A stretch of 40,815 nucleotides of DNA from positions 74,315 through 115,129 of IMG/VR virus record IMGVR_UViG_3300010282_000006, one strand, 5' to 3'. The notes below the pieces were generated by a model. The model searched no databases. It saw nothing but the letters and a program-made list of their open reading frames with translations, and was not told the DNA's origin. Position numbers and translations under genes: made by a program. Of the stretch, positions 29,743 to 39,322 are shown one piece after another. This DNA comes from a virus. Lineage: Duplodnaviria; Heunggongvirae; Uroviricota; Caudoviricetes. How positions within the stretch are numbered: position 1 is the first letter of the stretch; the number at the start of each line of letters is the position of its first letter.

Positions 29743-29784
29743 CGATAATCTTCGTATTGATCACACGAGGGTTGGGATGGATTG

Positions 29785-32700
29785 GCAATTATGCCCGTTG
29801 TGGAAGCGCTTCGAGCAACGCAAATTGTTTACGATGACACCATTGCGGCACAGGCGACGTATGCTACACAGCTTACAAGTCTGGATGTTGTTCATCAAAA
29901 AGCGGTGCTGAGCCAGATGAACCTCAACAGTACGCAGCGTGAAGCTATTTTGAATTTTGCAAAGTTGTCAGCCGCAGGACAATCTTATACCGTTGGCACT
30001 TTGGCGTTGGCAGCGGGTGTTGATAAGGTTAGGCTTGCCGAGTCTTTACAGCTTGCCGAGACCGAGCAGTTGACGGCAGAGACGATCGCGTGCGCTGTTG
30101 CGACTGGAGCGCTTCGTGGGGAAGATGCGCAGCTCGTGATTCAGTTTTTGACACATAAGGCGGCGACGGACGGCGTGACAGCATCGACGAATCTGATGAA
30201 CATGTCGCTCAAGGAGACCGCCGCGCTGATGTTGGCGACTCCTATGGGCTGGATCACCATGCTCACCATGCTTATCCCGCTGCTCATTACCGCAGCCAAG
30301 AAATTCAAGGAGTTGTATGACGCGGCGCATCCGACACTTCAGCAGATGCAGGACGACCTTGGTGATGCAGAGAATGAACTGGACGAACTGGATGGCAAGC
30401 TGGACGAGAACAAAAAGCGGATCGCGGAGCTTCGCGCACTGCGCGATGGAGGCACGATTTCCATTGTGGAGAGTGAGGAGCTAAAGCGGCTCGAACGCGA
30501 GAACGAGCTTCTTACCCAGCAAATTCAGCTTCAGAAAGACCTGATTGCCGCGAGGCAGAATGACATTTATACGAAGGCTGCAGAGGATGCGGGCGCATGG
30601 CTCAGTGACAGCGGCTACGAGATCAAAGGTCATGGCAACTCTGAACGGCAGGAGCAGGCGTACACCGGCGCTGGCGGCCTTTCTGCAGCAATTAACGACT
30701 ACAAGACCGCCAAGGCTGCATTCGATCAGGCGGTTGCTAACGGAGCTGCCGCTGCGACGGACGCTGAAAAGAAGAAATTCAAAGAAGCCGCAGACGAGTA
30801 CAAGGCGTCTATGGAAACCGCGCTTGCGCGTATGGTCGATTTGCAGGACGAGGCAATCAAGCTGCGCAATGCGCTCAATCCGGACGATCCGGAATCCGCA
30901 GGGCTGATTCGAGAACTCGATCTCGCGCTTGACCGCATTGCTGTGCTGCAAGATCCTGAATCTGCGCGCAACTCCATTTTCGGTCGCTTCTTTGAAACGG
31001 AAGCAGACCTCACCAACGAGAAAATCGCTGAGTTCAACACATATCTCAGGGAGCTCGGCCTGATTACGGAGGACATCCCGAAGGACGAGCTTGCCGATAT
31101 GCTCAGAAACACAGGCGATGCAGCGGAGGACGAGGCGGACAAAATCAAGGGGCTTATCGACGTGCTCGATAAGTTTGGCGTCGAGTCCAAAGAAATCTAT
31201 GCGCACGGCGGCAACGTGGATCTTCTTGACCGGCGCGTGGTGGAAGTCACCAACGCCAACCTCGGCAAGGTTCAGACGCACGACGCCAACGCACAGGTCG
31301 GCGACCGCATGACGGTGCTCTCGAAGACAATTCAGCACGGTGACGCCGCGCTGGTTGTGACGCCGATTCTCCCGAATGGCGAAATTTTGTCCGACGCAGA
31401 GCTTGACAAGTATGTCGAAAAGGTCGTTAAGGCGGCAAAGAAGGACAAGAGTACCAACTATCAGGCATACGACCAGAATGGTGTCTTTCTCGGTGTGTTT
31501 GGCGATCACGCCACATTTGAAAAGAACAACGAGGAAGCAGAGCGGTTTGCCGAAAGGCTGCATGATATCCATGAGGCAATTCTGGAGGCCGGAAGCGGCA
31601 GCGAGCTTTCCGAGCTGGTTGCGGAGCTGCAAGACCTGACGGAGTACACTCCGAGCGTTTCGACGTTGGCGGAGAAATTTGCCGACGCCGAGGGCAAGGT
31701 TGAAAAGCTCGGCAAGGCACTGCAGGAGTTCGGCAAGGAAGGTTCGATTGCAGCGGACACACTCGCTGAAATCGGCAAGGACTTCGGCGATTATGAGAGC
31801 TATGAAAAATTTGCCAAGGTGCTGATGGACTCCACCTCTACGATGGAGGAGGCGCAGGCGGCGGCTGACGCGCTGGCAAGCGAGTTTATGAACTCGACGA
31901 CGGCGCTTGACATGCTGCGCGAGGGCAATGCCGATCTTGTGAAGGCGATGCTCGAAAAGATTGGCGTGACGAACGCGGATGAAGTTGTGGAATCCCGCCT
32001 GCGGATCGTGCGGTTGGAAGCGAAGGTCGCGGCGCTGGGCTTGGCGGACGCCGAGTGGAGCGTTGTCGAAGAGAAGCTGCGCGAGATCGGCGTGACCAAT
32101 GCGGACATTACCGCGATTGAAGCATTGCGCAAAAAGCAGATTGAGGCGAAAATCGCCACAACCGATTTTGCAACTGCGAACGCAAGCACAATCGCTACGC
32201 TCATTCAGATGGCAAATGCCGCTGGCATTGCCGGAAAGCGGATGGAGATCCTTGCGCAGATGCAGCGTGTTGAGGCGTCTGAGACAGATAAGACGTCCGC
32301 TCGTTATGGCGCATATATGGCAGATGCAAAGAGGCGGCTTCTGGAGGGCTTCACTGACGATTTGAAGGTGGAGTTGCCAGAAATCAAGGTCGTTGTGCCG
32401 AAGGCCAACGGTTCCGGCAGCGGCTCCGGAAGCGATTCTTCCAAGAAGGAAACGGAAAAGTATTTCGCCGAGATCGACCGCTTCCGCGATGCGGTCAAGC
32501 GGCTTGCAGATGCGCAGGAGGAAGCGGAGAGGCTGAACGGCGAGCTTGGGCGCACGGAAGGTCTGTGGGATCAGGTCAAGATTCACAAATCTCTCGTGGA
32601 CACCTACGAGAACGAGCAGACGGCGTTGCACGATCTCAACGAAGAGCGCCGCAAAGCGATTCGAGAAGGGGTCGAGAAGCTGCAAAATCTTGGCTTTGAC

Positions 32701-34785
32701 GTCATCTATGACGCAGAGACCAACGACCTCTTCATCAATAACCTTGAACATCTCAACGATCTTGCCACGACGGATCTCAACAAGTACGAGACGATGGCTG
32801 ACATGTCCGTCAATATTCTCGGTCAGTACGACAACGCCCAAGAAGCGACCAACGGACTCATCAAGGACACCGAGGGCATCATCGACAACATCACCAAGTT
32901 CAACGACGCCAACAAGGAAGGTTCGGAGACGTGGTGGGAGAGACGCGACGCCATTCATGCGTCGAAACAGAGCATCATCGACGATCTTAAACAGATCACG
33001 GAAAACGCGCACGACGCGGTGGATGAAATCCAAAACGTCTATGACACGCTGCACGCGGCGGCAGATGAGTTTGCGGCAAACGACGGCTATTTGACCATTG
33101 ACACCTATCAATCCATTTTGCAGCTTGGCACGCAGTATATGGCGTATCTTTACGATGAAAACGGTCTTCTTGTCATCAACGAAGAGCGTATTCAGGCTGT
33201 GATTGCGGCAAAGACGGAACAGCTTGCGCTGGAACAGGCGCTCACCTATGTGGATCGGCTGAGACTGGCGCTGGAAAAGGGTTCTATTGAAAATCTGAAC
33301 GAGCTGCTGTATGCGACGCAGGATGCGACCGATGCGACATGGGATTTGGTGTACGCCAACCTTAAACTGCTCGATTTGTCGGATGATCAGTTTGCGGCGG
33401 CGATGCACAACATCAATGCGATTCGCTCGCTTGCGGACGCTGCGGTTGCCGGAATCGGAAAGAGCGCCGGAGCGTTTGCCGACTCGCTCAATGAGATGAA
33501 GGACGGGTTGGACAGTATCCTTCGGTACACGATGGATATGCTCAGGCAGCGGATCGAGGATCAGATCGACGCGCTTGAGGAGCAGAAAAGCGCCTACGGC
33601 GATTTGATTGACGCGCAGAAAGAAATGCTGCGCAATACCAAGAATCAGAACGATTATCAGAAATCGGTTGCGTCCAAGCTCAAGGAGATGGCGAAGCTCC
33701 AAAAGGAGATCGCCTCTTTGACAACGGCGGCGGAATCAGGAGACCGAAGCGCGGCTGCGAAGCGCGCGAAGCTCCAAGAAGAGCTTGCCGAGCTGAGCGA
33801 GGATCTTGCGGACGAGCAGAACGAGCACGCTATCGAAGTAGCCGAGAAAGCGCTTGACAAACAGCAGGCAGCTTTTGAGGCGGAGAAGGATGACGAGATC
33901 AAGACGCTACGAAATAGTATTTCTTCTCAACAGAAGCTCTACGATATGGCAATTAGCTATATTGAAAGCCGTTGGGACAAGCTCTATGGTGAGCTGATCG
34001 ACTGGAACACTGAGTACGGCAGCGACCTCAACAGCGATATCGCGTCCGCATGGGACAAAGCGTATGAGGCAGCAGAGCGATACGGAAGCTATGTAAGCGC
34101 GCTGGGAAGCATTGACGCGGACATTGCCGCAACGAGCGGCGGAAACAGAGGAAATACCGCCACTGGCGTTAATACTGCTGTCGGCAGGACGAGCACTTCT
34201 GGCAATGAAGCGATGGCGACGGCATGGGTCGAGCAGATGAAAGCGAACAGCGCGGCGTGGCACAGCGCGAGCGATAAGCGCAAGGCTGATTTGGCTGCTG
34301 AAAACAAGCGTATCGCTAAAGAGGAGCTTCCGGAATGCGGCGTAATCGCAGACATCGGAGACGACGGTGTGTGGTATCTCAAAAACGGGAAGAGGCTCTA
34401 CGACGTCTATCACAGCGGCGGAATCGTTGGCGGTGACGCTTCGCTTAAGCAGGACGAGCTGTTCGCAAAGCTCCAAAAGGGCGAGATGGTCTTATCGCGT
34501 GAAATGGTAGATCGGATGATCCGGCACTTTGATATGCTCAAGAAGCTGGGGGAGTCCATTGCGAGCCGACCGATGGACGGTCGGCTGCTTGCGCAAGATC
34601 TTGCAGCGCTTGGCATCGGCAAGACGGTGAATAACGTGACGAGCAACGAGAGCAGCCGGCCTGTGAGCATCGTGTTTGGCGATACGCATATCAGCGGTGC
34701 GGATAAAAGTACGGTTCAGCAGCATGTGATGCTTACCGAAGGTATGAAGAAGGAAATCGCGCGTTGGCTTGGTTTCCGTATGTAG
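29785..34785 (+). CDS. tape measure protein, exon 2 (1666 aa; spliced product ~2680 aa)
   Basis: No RBS before the ORF-track start; helical/coiled-coil sequence; C-terminal YHSGGIVG..KGEMV TMP motif; in frame with exon 1 after splicing. Confidence 0.85.
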   Translation, partial: AIMPVVEALRATQIVYDDTIAAQATYATQLTSLDVVHQKAVLSQMNLNSTQREAILNFAKLSAAGQSYTVGTLALAAGVDKVRLAESLQLAETEQLTAETIACAVATGALRGEDAQLVIQFLTHKAATDGVTASTNLMNMSLKETAALMLATPMGWITMLTMLIPLLITAAKKFKELYDAAHPTLQQMQDDLGDAENELDELDGKLDENKKRIAELRALRDGGTISIVESEELKRLERENELLTQQIQLQKDLIAARQNDIYTKAAEDAGAWLSDSGYEIKGHGNSERQEQAYTGAGGLSAAINDYKTAKAAFDQAVANGAAAATDAEKKKFKEAADEYKASMETALARMVDLQDEAIKLRNALNPDDPESAGLIRELDLALDRIAVLQDPESARNSIFGRFFETEADLTNEKIAEFNTYLRELGLITEDIPKDELADMLRNTGDAAEDEADKIKGLIDVLDKFGVESKEIYAHGGNVDLLDRRVVEVTNANLGKVQTHDANAQVGDRMTVLSKTIQHGDAALVVTPILPNGEILSDAELDKYVEKVVKAAKKDKSTNYQAYDQNGVFLGVFGDHATFEKNNEEAERFAERLHDIHEAILEAGSGSELSELVAELQDLTEYTPSVSTLAEKFADAEGKVEKLGKALQEFGKEGSIAADTLAEIGKDFGDYESYEKFAKVLMDSTSTMEEAQAAADALASEFMNSTTALDMLREGNADLVKAMLEKIGVTNADEVVESRLRIVRLEAKVAALGLADAEWSVVEEKLREIGVTNADITAIEALRKKQIEAKIATTDFATANASTIATLIQMANAAGIAGKRMEILAQMQRVEASETDKTSARYGAYMADAKRRLLEGFTDDLKVELPEIKVVVPKANGSGSGSGSDSSKKETEKYFAEIDRFRDAVKRLADAQEEAERLNGELGRTEGLWDQVKIHKSLVDTYENEQTALHDLNEERRKAIREGVEKLQNLGFDVIYDAETNDLFINNLEHLNDLATTDLNKYETMADMSVNILGQYDNAQEATNGLIKDTEGIIDNITKFNDANKEGSETWWERRDAIHASKQSIIDDLKQITENAHDAVDEIQNVYDTLHAAADEFAANDGYLTIDTYQSILQLGTQYMAYLYDENGLLVINEERIQAVIAAKTEQLALEQALTYVDRLRLALEKGSIENLNELLYATQDATDATWDLVYANLKLLDLSDDQFAAAMHNINAIRSLADAAVAGIGKSAGAFADSLNEMKDGLDSILRYTMDMLRQRIEDQIDALEEQKSAYGDLIDAQKEMLRNTKNQNDYQKSVASKLKEMAKLQKEIASLTTAAESGDRSAAAKRAKLQEELAELSEDLADEQNEHAIEVAEKALDKQQAAFEAEKDDEIKTLRNSISSQQKLYDMAISYIESRWDKLYGELIDWNTEYGSDLNSDIASAWDKAYEAAERYGSYVSALGSIDADIAATSGGNRGNTATGVNTAVGRTSTSGNEAMATAWVEQMKANSAAWHSASDKRKADLAAENKRIAKEELPECGVIADIGDDGVWYLKNGKRLYDVYHSGGIVGGDASLKQDELFAKLQKGEMVLSREMVDRMIRHFDMLKKLGESIASRPMDGRLLAQDLAALGIGKTVNNVTSNESSRPVSIVFGDTHISGADKSTVQQHVMLTEGMKKEIARWLGFRM

Positions 34786-34800
34786 AACCGATGAAAAATA

Positions 34801-34826
34801 GCGGATGCGTCAAACGACGCATCCGC
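34801..34826. terminator. perfect 11-bp hairpin between TMP and Dit; T run only on the minus strand
   Basis: GCGGATGCGTC-AAAC-GACGCATCCGC preceded by AAAAATA. Confidence 0.5.
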
Positions 34827-34849
34827 ATATTGCGGGAGGTGAGAAAGGA

Positions 34850-35632
34850 ATGTATCGGGCTTATGACTTTACATTTGCCGGTGTGTCTGCGAGTATGTAC
34901 GGAATGTATGTTGCTGACATTGGAAACAAGAAGCACGGCGACCACAGCTTCGGCAACGTCGCCAACATCGTTGAGACGAGAATTGCAAACCGTGTGACGC
35001 CAATCCATTATGGCGTGCGCTATCACGACGAGCCGCTGACGTTCACGCTCATCTTCGGAGCGGACAGGGTTCTCGACCGATATGAGCTGCAGGAGATCTC
35101 CAAATGGCTCACCGGCTATCAGGAATATCAATGGCTGAGTATTGACCAGCCAGACTTGGAACACATTCAGTTCCGCTGTCTGGTCGAGAGCCTGACGCCA
35201 ATCAGCATGAAATGGATGCCGATGGCATTTGAGGCAAAAATCGTGTGTGACTGCCCTTATGGGTACAGCTATCCGTTTGAGAAAACGTATGTCATCCACG
35301 AAGAGACCGCTGTTCTGTTCTACAATGACGGCAGCAGCCGAGTACCTTTGAAGCCTATAATCGAGGTTTCGCTTGCGCAGGGCTGCACAGAGCTGACCAT
35401 CACCAATCATACAACGGGCGAGACTGTCCGATTTTACGATTTGCCGAGCGGCGGCATTTCTTTTGTCGTTGACAGCGAGAATGAGGTGGTGGCCGCAGAA
35501 GATGTCACAGATATCTACGAGTGCTTCAACTATGTGTTTCCGTCGTTTGTGGCGGGTGACAACAGATTGACAATCACGGGAGACGGCATAGTAAAGCTGA
35601 GCGGACGTTTCTTGTATAACGTTGGCGCGTGA
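34850..35632 (+). CDS. distal tail (Dit)-like protein
   Basis: Follows TMP; YDFTFAG, EISKWLT, CDCPYGY, GDNRLTITG pattern. Confidence 0.75.
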   Translation: MYRAYDFTFAGVSASMYGMYVADIGNKKHGDHSFGNVANIVETRIANRVTPIHYGVRYHDEPLTFTLIFGADRVLDRYELQEISKWLTGYQEYQWLSIDQPDLEHIQFRCLVESLTPISMKWMPMAFEAKIVCDCPYGYSYPFEKTYVIHEETAVLFYNDGSSRVPLKPIIEVSLAQGCTELTITNHTTGETVRFYDLPSGGISFVVDSENEVVAAEDVTDIYECFNYVFPSFVAGDNRLTITGDGIVKLSGRFLYNVGA

Positions 35633-35644
35633 GGAGGGGATGGC

Positions 35645-38600
35645 ATGTATCTCGATTATTCTAAGCTGAAAAGCGGGGAGATCAGGCAGCCCGTTCTGCG
35701 CCTGAAAACGATGGCAGGGAAAACGCTCGGCGCAATTCCATACGTCCACAATCTGAAGTTTGACATTCGATATGCGGACATCAGCGAAATGGAGTTTGAG
35801 GTTCCCTATCTGCAAAACGGGAAAATCAACCCGCTCTATCAGGCGATTACTGGTTACAAGGTTGTTTACACGGACGACCTTGGTATCTATATTTTGGCAA
35901 CTCCGAAGAAAAGCGGCAACGGTTTGATGGAGACAAAGACCGTGCATGGTTATTCGCTGGAAAAGTTGTTTGAAAAGAAACGCCTGTTTTTGGAGGAGGG
36001 AACCTACAATTTCTGGAATCCGGACGATCCGGATGATACGGTTTTGGGACGCATCCTAGAAACAGACAGAACATGGCATCCCGGCTATGTCGATCCGAGG
36101 CTGATTGGCTGCTACCGTACTTTCGACCAGTATGACAGCGACCCGCTGACGTTCTGCTACAGTAACGCGGCAGAGAAATATCAGTGCGTTGTGGTGTTTG
36201 ACGTCTACGACAAGATGATCAACGTCTACGATGCAAGCAAGAGCGGCGGTACGCTTCCAATCTATCTGAGCCACCAGAATCTTGTGGATACGGTGGACGT
36301 TGAGGAGCAGACGGACGAGCTGGCAACCAAGCTGCGCGTCTACGGCGCTGACGATTTGAGTATCTGGGACGTGAATCCTACCGGCGCGGATTATCTGATC
36401 AATTTGGACTACTTTATCTCCAACGGAGAATTGGACGTGCGGCTGGACGGCGCAGAGAAAACTCTTGCAGATCGCGTGAAGGAGTGGGAAGCCGGCATTC
36501 TTCTGAAGCAGACGTATTATACGAGGCTTGTGGCTGCGCGCGCGTCCAAAATAGCGCAAAAGCTCTCTGCTGAAGCGGAACTGACCGAGTTGAATGGTGA
36601 TATGGATGCGCTGTTGGCGGCGCAGAGCGCTATTATCCAAGCATATTCGCTGGAGGATACAAAAGCGGGACGAGACGACCAGCAAGAGGTACTGGACGCA
36701 AAAAACGATGAAATCACCGAAAAGAAAAAAGACATCCGAGATAAAGAAGCCGAAATTAAGACGCTTCAGGACGAGATCGACGAAGATACGACAGACATAC
36801 AGAGCGTTCACGATGAGCTTGGATTCACTACGTTCTTTTCAGAGAACGAGCAGACAGTGCTCAACCACTATTTGATCGAAAGCGAGGTCTCCGAGGAGAC
36901 TTTTGTTGCGTCCGATGTGGAAGCGTCCGCTTCCGGCGAGCTGAGCACGATTTCCGGAGTCGTTCAGATCGAGCAATCCAAAATTGAGAGGATCGACGAA
37001 GCGGAAACGGGAATATATGTGTTTAGCGGCGGACGCCTGCGGGTGGTAGAAGCGGGCATCACGGCGGACATCGTGCGTGGCACGATGGAGGAAGACGCCG
37101 ACGCACACACCTATGTTCTGACGCTGTATCTCGGTGCGACAACGCATGGTGAGAACGACTACCAAAGCGGAACGCTTACTGTGTCCGGCAGATATACACA
37201 GATTTCCAGTGATATTTCAGCCGTTACCGTGGATGGTGTGACGACCTATCAAGGAGAGTGTATTGAGCTTTCTGTTGAAGAGAGCAAGGCTTTTTTCACA
37301 GTAAATGTCAACGATTATCAGAAGTATTCCGTTGCGCGCGAGCTGTACGATTTCGGCGCGGGTGTTCTGGAGGAAAAGGCGTGGCCGGTCTACGAGTTTT
37401 CGATCAGCAGTGCGAACTTCTTGTTTCAAAAAGAATTTGAACCGTTTAAGGATGAGCTGAGGCTTGGCAGAGGAGTCCATCTGAATCTCGGCAGCGACGG
37501 CGTAGTTACGGCAAATATCATCGGCATATCTTTGGATTTTGAGCATCCGGAGGAATTTGCGCTGATCTTTTCTAATCGGTTCCAAAGCATTGACCAAGTG
37601 AGAAGACCAATGAGTGAGCTTAAACAATATGGTGCTTCCAGCCGCAGCTTTGACGCGAATAAGTACATTTATAACCGCGCAGCGAGCAAAAGCACGCAGG
37701 TGTCGCGTTTTATGGAGAGCCAGATCAATGCTGCGGTCAACTCAATTCGCGCGGCGAACAACCAGAGCGTTTTAATCGACGGTGCCGGCATTCATATTGG
37801 CGGAGAGTCTGATGTTCAGGTGCGCATGATCAACGATATGATCGCTATGTCAGATGATAACTTCCAGACGGCAAAGGTTGCCATTGGCCGCTTTGCCAGT
37901 CCGGAAACCGGCGTGCAATTCGGCGTTAATGCCGAGGTGATTGCGGGTAAGCTCTACGTCGGGCACAATCTGATCCTTGAGAACACCAAGGACGACGGTA
38001 CGATGATGTTCAAGGTGGATGCGACTGGCGCATGGCTCTACAACGCTCCGTATGTCATGCAGAGCGATCACGGAGGTGAACTCGTAATTCACCCTGATTA
38101 CGGACTTGCAGCCGGAACGGGGAACCTGTTTACGACGAGCGGTACTACGGTGATTCCTGCGTTTATCGACTCGAACGGAGATGTCGAGTTGGACAGCGAT
38201 GGGATGCCGAAAAACGCGAACTTCTATCTGGATGCACGCGATGGAAGCGCCTATTTTCGTGGCAAGGTGATTGCGACGAGCGGCGTGTTTAATGGTGTCG
38301 TAAAGGCAAGCGATTTCCAGTTGAAGAGCGGCGAAACCTTCACGAGTATCCTGAACGCGGCGAAGAACGCCATCACTGGAGATTATATAGAAAGCCTGAC
38401 AGCCGATAAGATCACGGCGGGAACCATTGACGCGAATGTTGTCACCATCAGCAATTTGGTTGTCGGGAGCAATGTCGCAATGGGGGAGAACGCCACTATT
38501 TCGTGGAGCAATGTAACAGGGAAATCTGCTGTAACCAATGCTATTGCCAGCGCACAGGATGCGGCGAACAGCGCCGCCAGTGACGCTGCATACGCTGAAC

Positions 38601-38995
38601 AGCTTGCGAAAAAGATTGCAAACGGAACATACAGCGGTGGAACGTTTATCAGCGGAAAGACAATCTATTCCCCTGAGATAGTCGGAGACGAAATTTCTGT
38701 CAAAGGCGGTAAGTTCCATGTGTATGACAGCAACGGAACCGAATTTGGCTATATCGGTCGTGCGCATGGAGCGATCTCTTCTACCGAAAAAACAAACGGC
38801 ATCGCAATGTCAACTGTCAATATTGCTGAGATAGAGCATGACACCGTTGGCAATTATGTCATTGTCACAACTGCTGGTGTGAGAATGCACTCCGGGAGCA
38901 ATATCGACCTCTACCTCACTCCGTCCGGTGCTTATTACAAAAACAGCTCCGGCGATACAGTGGAGATTGGCGGGAATACGGCGACATTTGGATAA
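35645..38995 (+). CDS. tail-tip/Tal-like minor structural protein (host recognition)
   Basis: 1116 aa after Dit; N-terminal Tal-like region (ATKLRVYG), central coiled coil, C-terminal beta-rich repeats (ADKITAGTIDA). Confidence 0.7.
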   Translation: MYLDYSKLKSGEIRQPVLRLKTMAGKTLGAIPYVHNLKFDIRYADISEMEFEVPYLQNGKINPLYQAITGYKVVYTDDLGIYILATPKKSGNGLMETKTVHGYSLEKLFEKKRLFLEEGTYNFWNPDDPDDTVLGRILETDRTWHPGYVDPRLIGCYRTFDQYDSDPLTFCYSNAAEKYQCVVVFDVYDKMINVYDASKSGGTLPIYLSHQNLVDTVDVEEQTDELATKLRVYGADDLSIWDVNPTGADYLINLDYFISNGELDVRLDGAEKTLADRVKEWEAGILLKQTYYTRLVAARASKIAQKLSAEAELTELNGDMDALLAAQSAIIQAYSLEDTKAGRDDQQEVLDAKNDEITEKKKDIRDKEAEIKTLQDEIDEDTTDIQSVHDELGFTTFFSENEQTVLNHYLIESEVSEETFVASDVEASASGELSTISGVVQIEQSKIERIDEAETGIYVFSGGRLRVVEAGITADIVRGTMEEDADAHTYVLTLYLGATTHGENDYQSGTLTVSGRYTQISSDISAVTVDGVTTYQGECIELSVEESKAFFTVNVNDYQKYSVARELYDFGAGVLEEKAWPVYEFSISSANFLFQKEFEPFKDELRLGRGVHLNLGSDGVVTANIIGISLDFEHPEEFALIFSNRFQSIDQVRRPMSELKQYGASSRSFDANKYIYNRAASKSTQVSRFMESQINAAVNSIRAANNQSVLIDGAGIHIGGESDVQVRMINDMIAMSDDNFQTAKVAIGRFASPETGVQFGVNAEVIAGKLYVGHNLILENTKDDGTMMFKVDATGAWLYNAPYVMQSDHGGELVIHPDYGLAAGTGNLFTTSGTTVIPAFIDSNGDVELDSDGMPKNANFYLDARDGSAYFRGKVIATSGVFNGVVKASDFQLKSGETFTSILNAAKNAITGDYIESLTADKITAGTIDANVVTISNLVVGSNVAMGENATISWSNVTGKSAVTNAIASAQDAANSAASDAAYAEQLAKKIANGTYSGGTFISGKTIYSPEIVGDEISVKGGKFHVYDSNGTEFGYIGRAHGAISSTEKTNGIAMSTVNIAEIEHDTVGNYVIVTTAGVRMHSGSNIDLYLTPSGAYYKNSSGDTVEIGGNTATFG

Positions 38996-39022
38996 CTTTT
39001 TGAAATAGAAAGGAAAACAAAA

Positions 39023-39322
39023 ATGAACTATCCTGTTGAATTGGCAAAGGATGACTGTAACGAGCTTGAGCGGCTTCACTACATGGTGGAAGCAAGAGCG
39101 CACCTTATACAAAGACTCATCACTGGAGCGACAAATCCCAAAGAGGCTGATTTGGTTATTGACAGATACCTGTCGGAATACGACAAATGCTTCAAGGAAT
39201 ACGATAAGGTCAAAAGTCGGCTCGAAGCCAAGTATAAACCGTCTGAGTATGCGGAAACAGCGAAGTCCTGGACTGTTGACTTCAACACCGGCGTTATGAC
39301 ATTCGAGGTGGCGGATGCTTAA
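39023..39322 (+). CDS. CXXX-repeat peptide modification system accessory protein (putative)
   Basis: 99-aa helical protein coupled to the radical SAM gene, as in CXXX-repeat maturase loci. Confidence 0.55.
   Translation: MNYPVELAKDDCNELERLHYMVEARAHLIQRLITGATNPKEADLVIDRYLSEYDKCFKEYDKVKSRLEAKYKPSEYAETAKSWTVDFNTGVMTFEVADA

Larger units (their letters stand above)
28397..29784 (+). mobile_element. group I self-splicing intron (1388 nt) in the TMP gene, no homing endonuclease
   Basis: P1 GCGGGU(28391-96)/GCCCGC(28426-31); P10 CAUGAUUGC(28417-25)/GCAAUUAUG(29785-93); P3 CCGAC/GUCGG; P4-P5 CGGG-AA-GCCC-GAAA-GGGU-AA-UCCG; P7 GAGCAU(28883-88)/GUGCUC(28920-25) with bulged-A G site; P8 UACG loop; P9 GAAA hairpin; P9.0 AAUCC/GGAUU then terminal G29784; splicing is in frame. 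Confidence 0.9.

Noticed and set aside
29782-29793. Independent start for a separate 1667-aa protein
   Set aside because: TTG has no SD; its G is the intron terminal G, and P10 pairing places the exon start at 29785
30481-33702. 1073-aa minus-strand ORF, and similar long antisense ORFs opposite TerL, portal, MCP and MTP (e.g. 11205-12875, 16020-17654, 21216-22421)
   Set aside because: Shadow frames of GC-rich, codon-biased sense genes; no RBS or motifs, atypical composition
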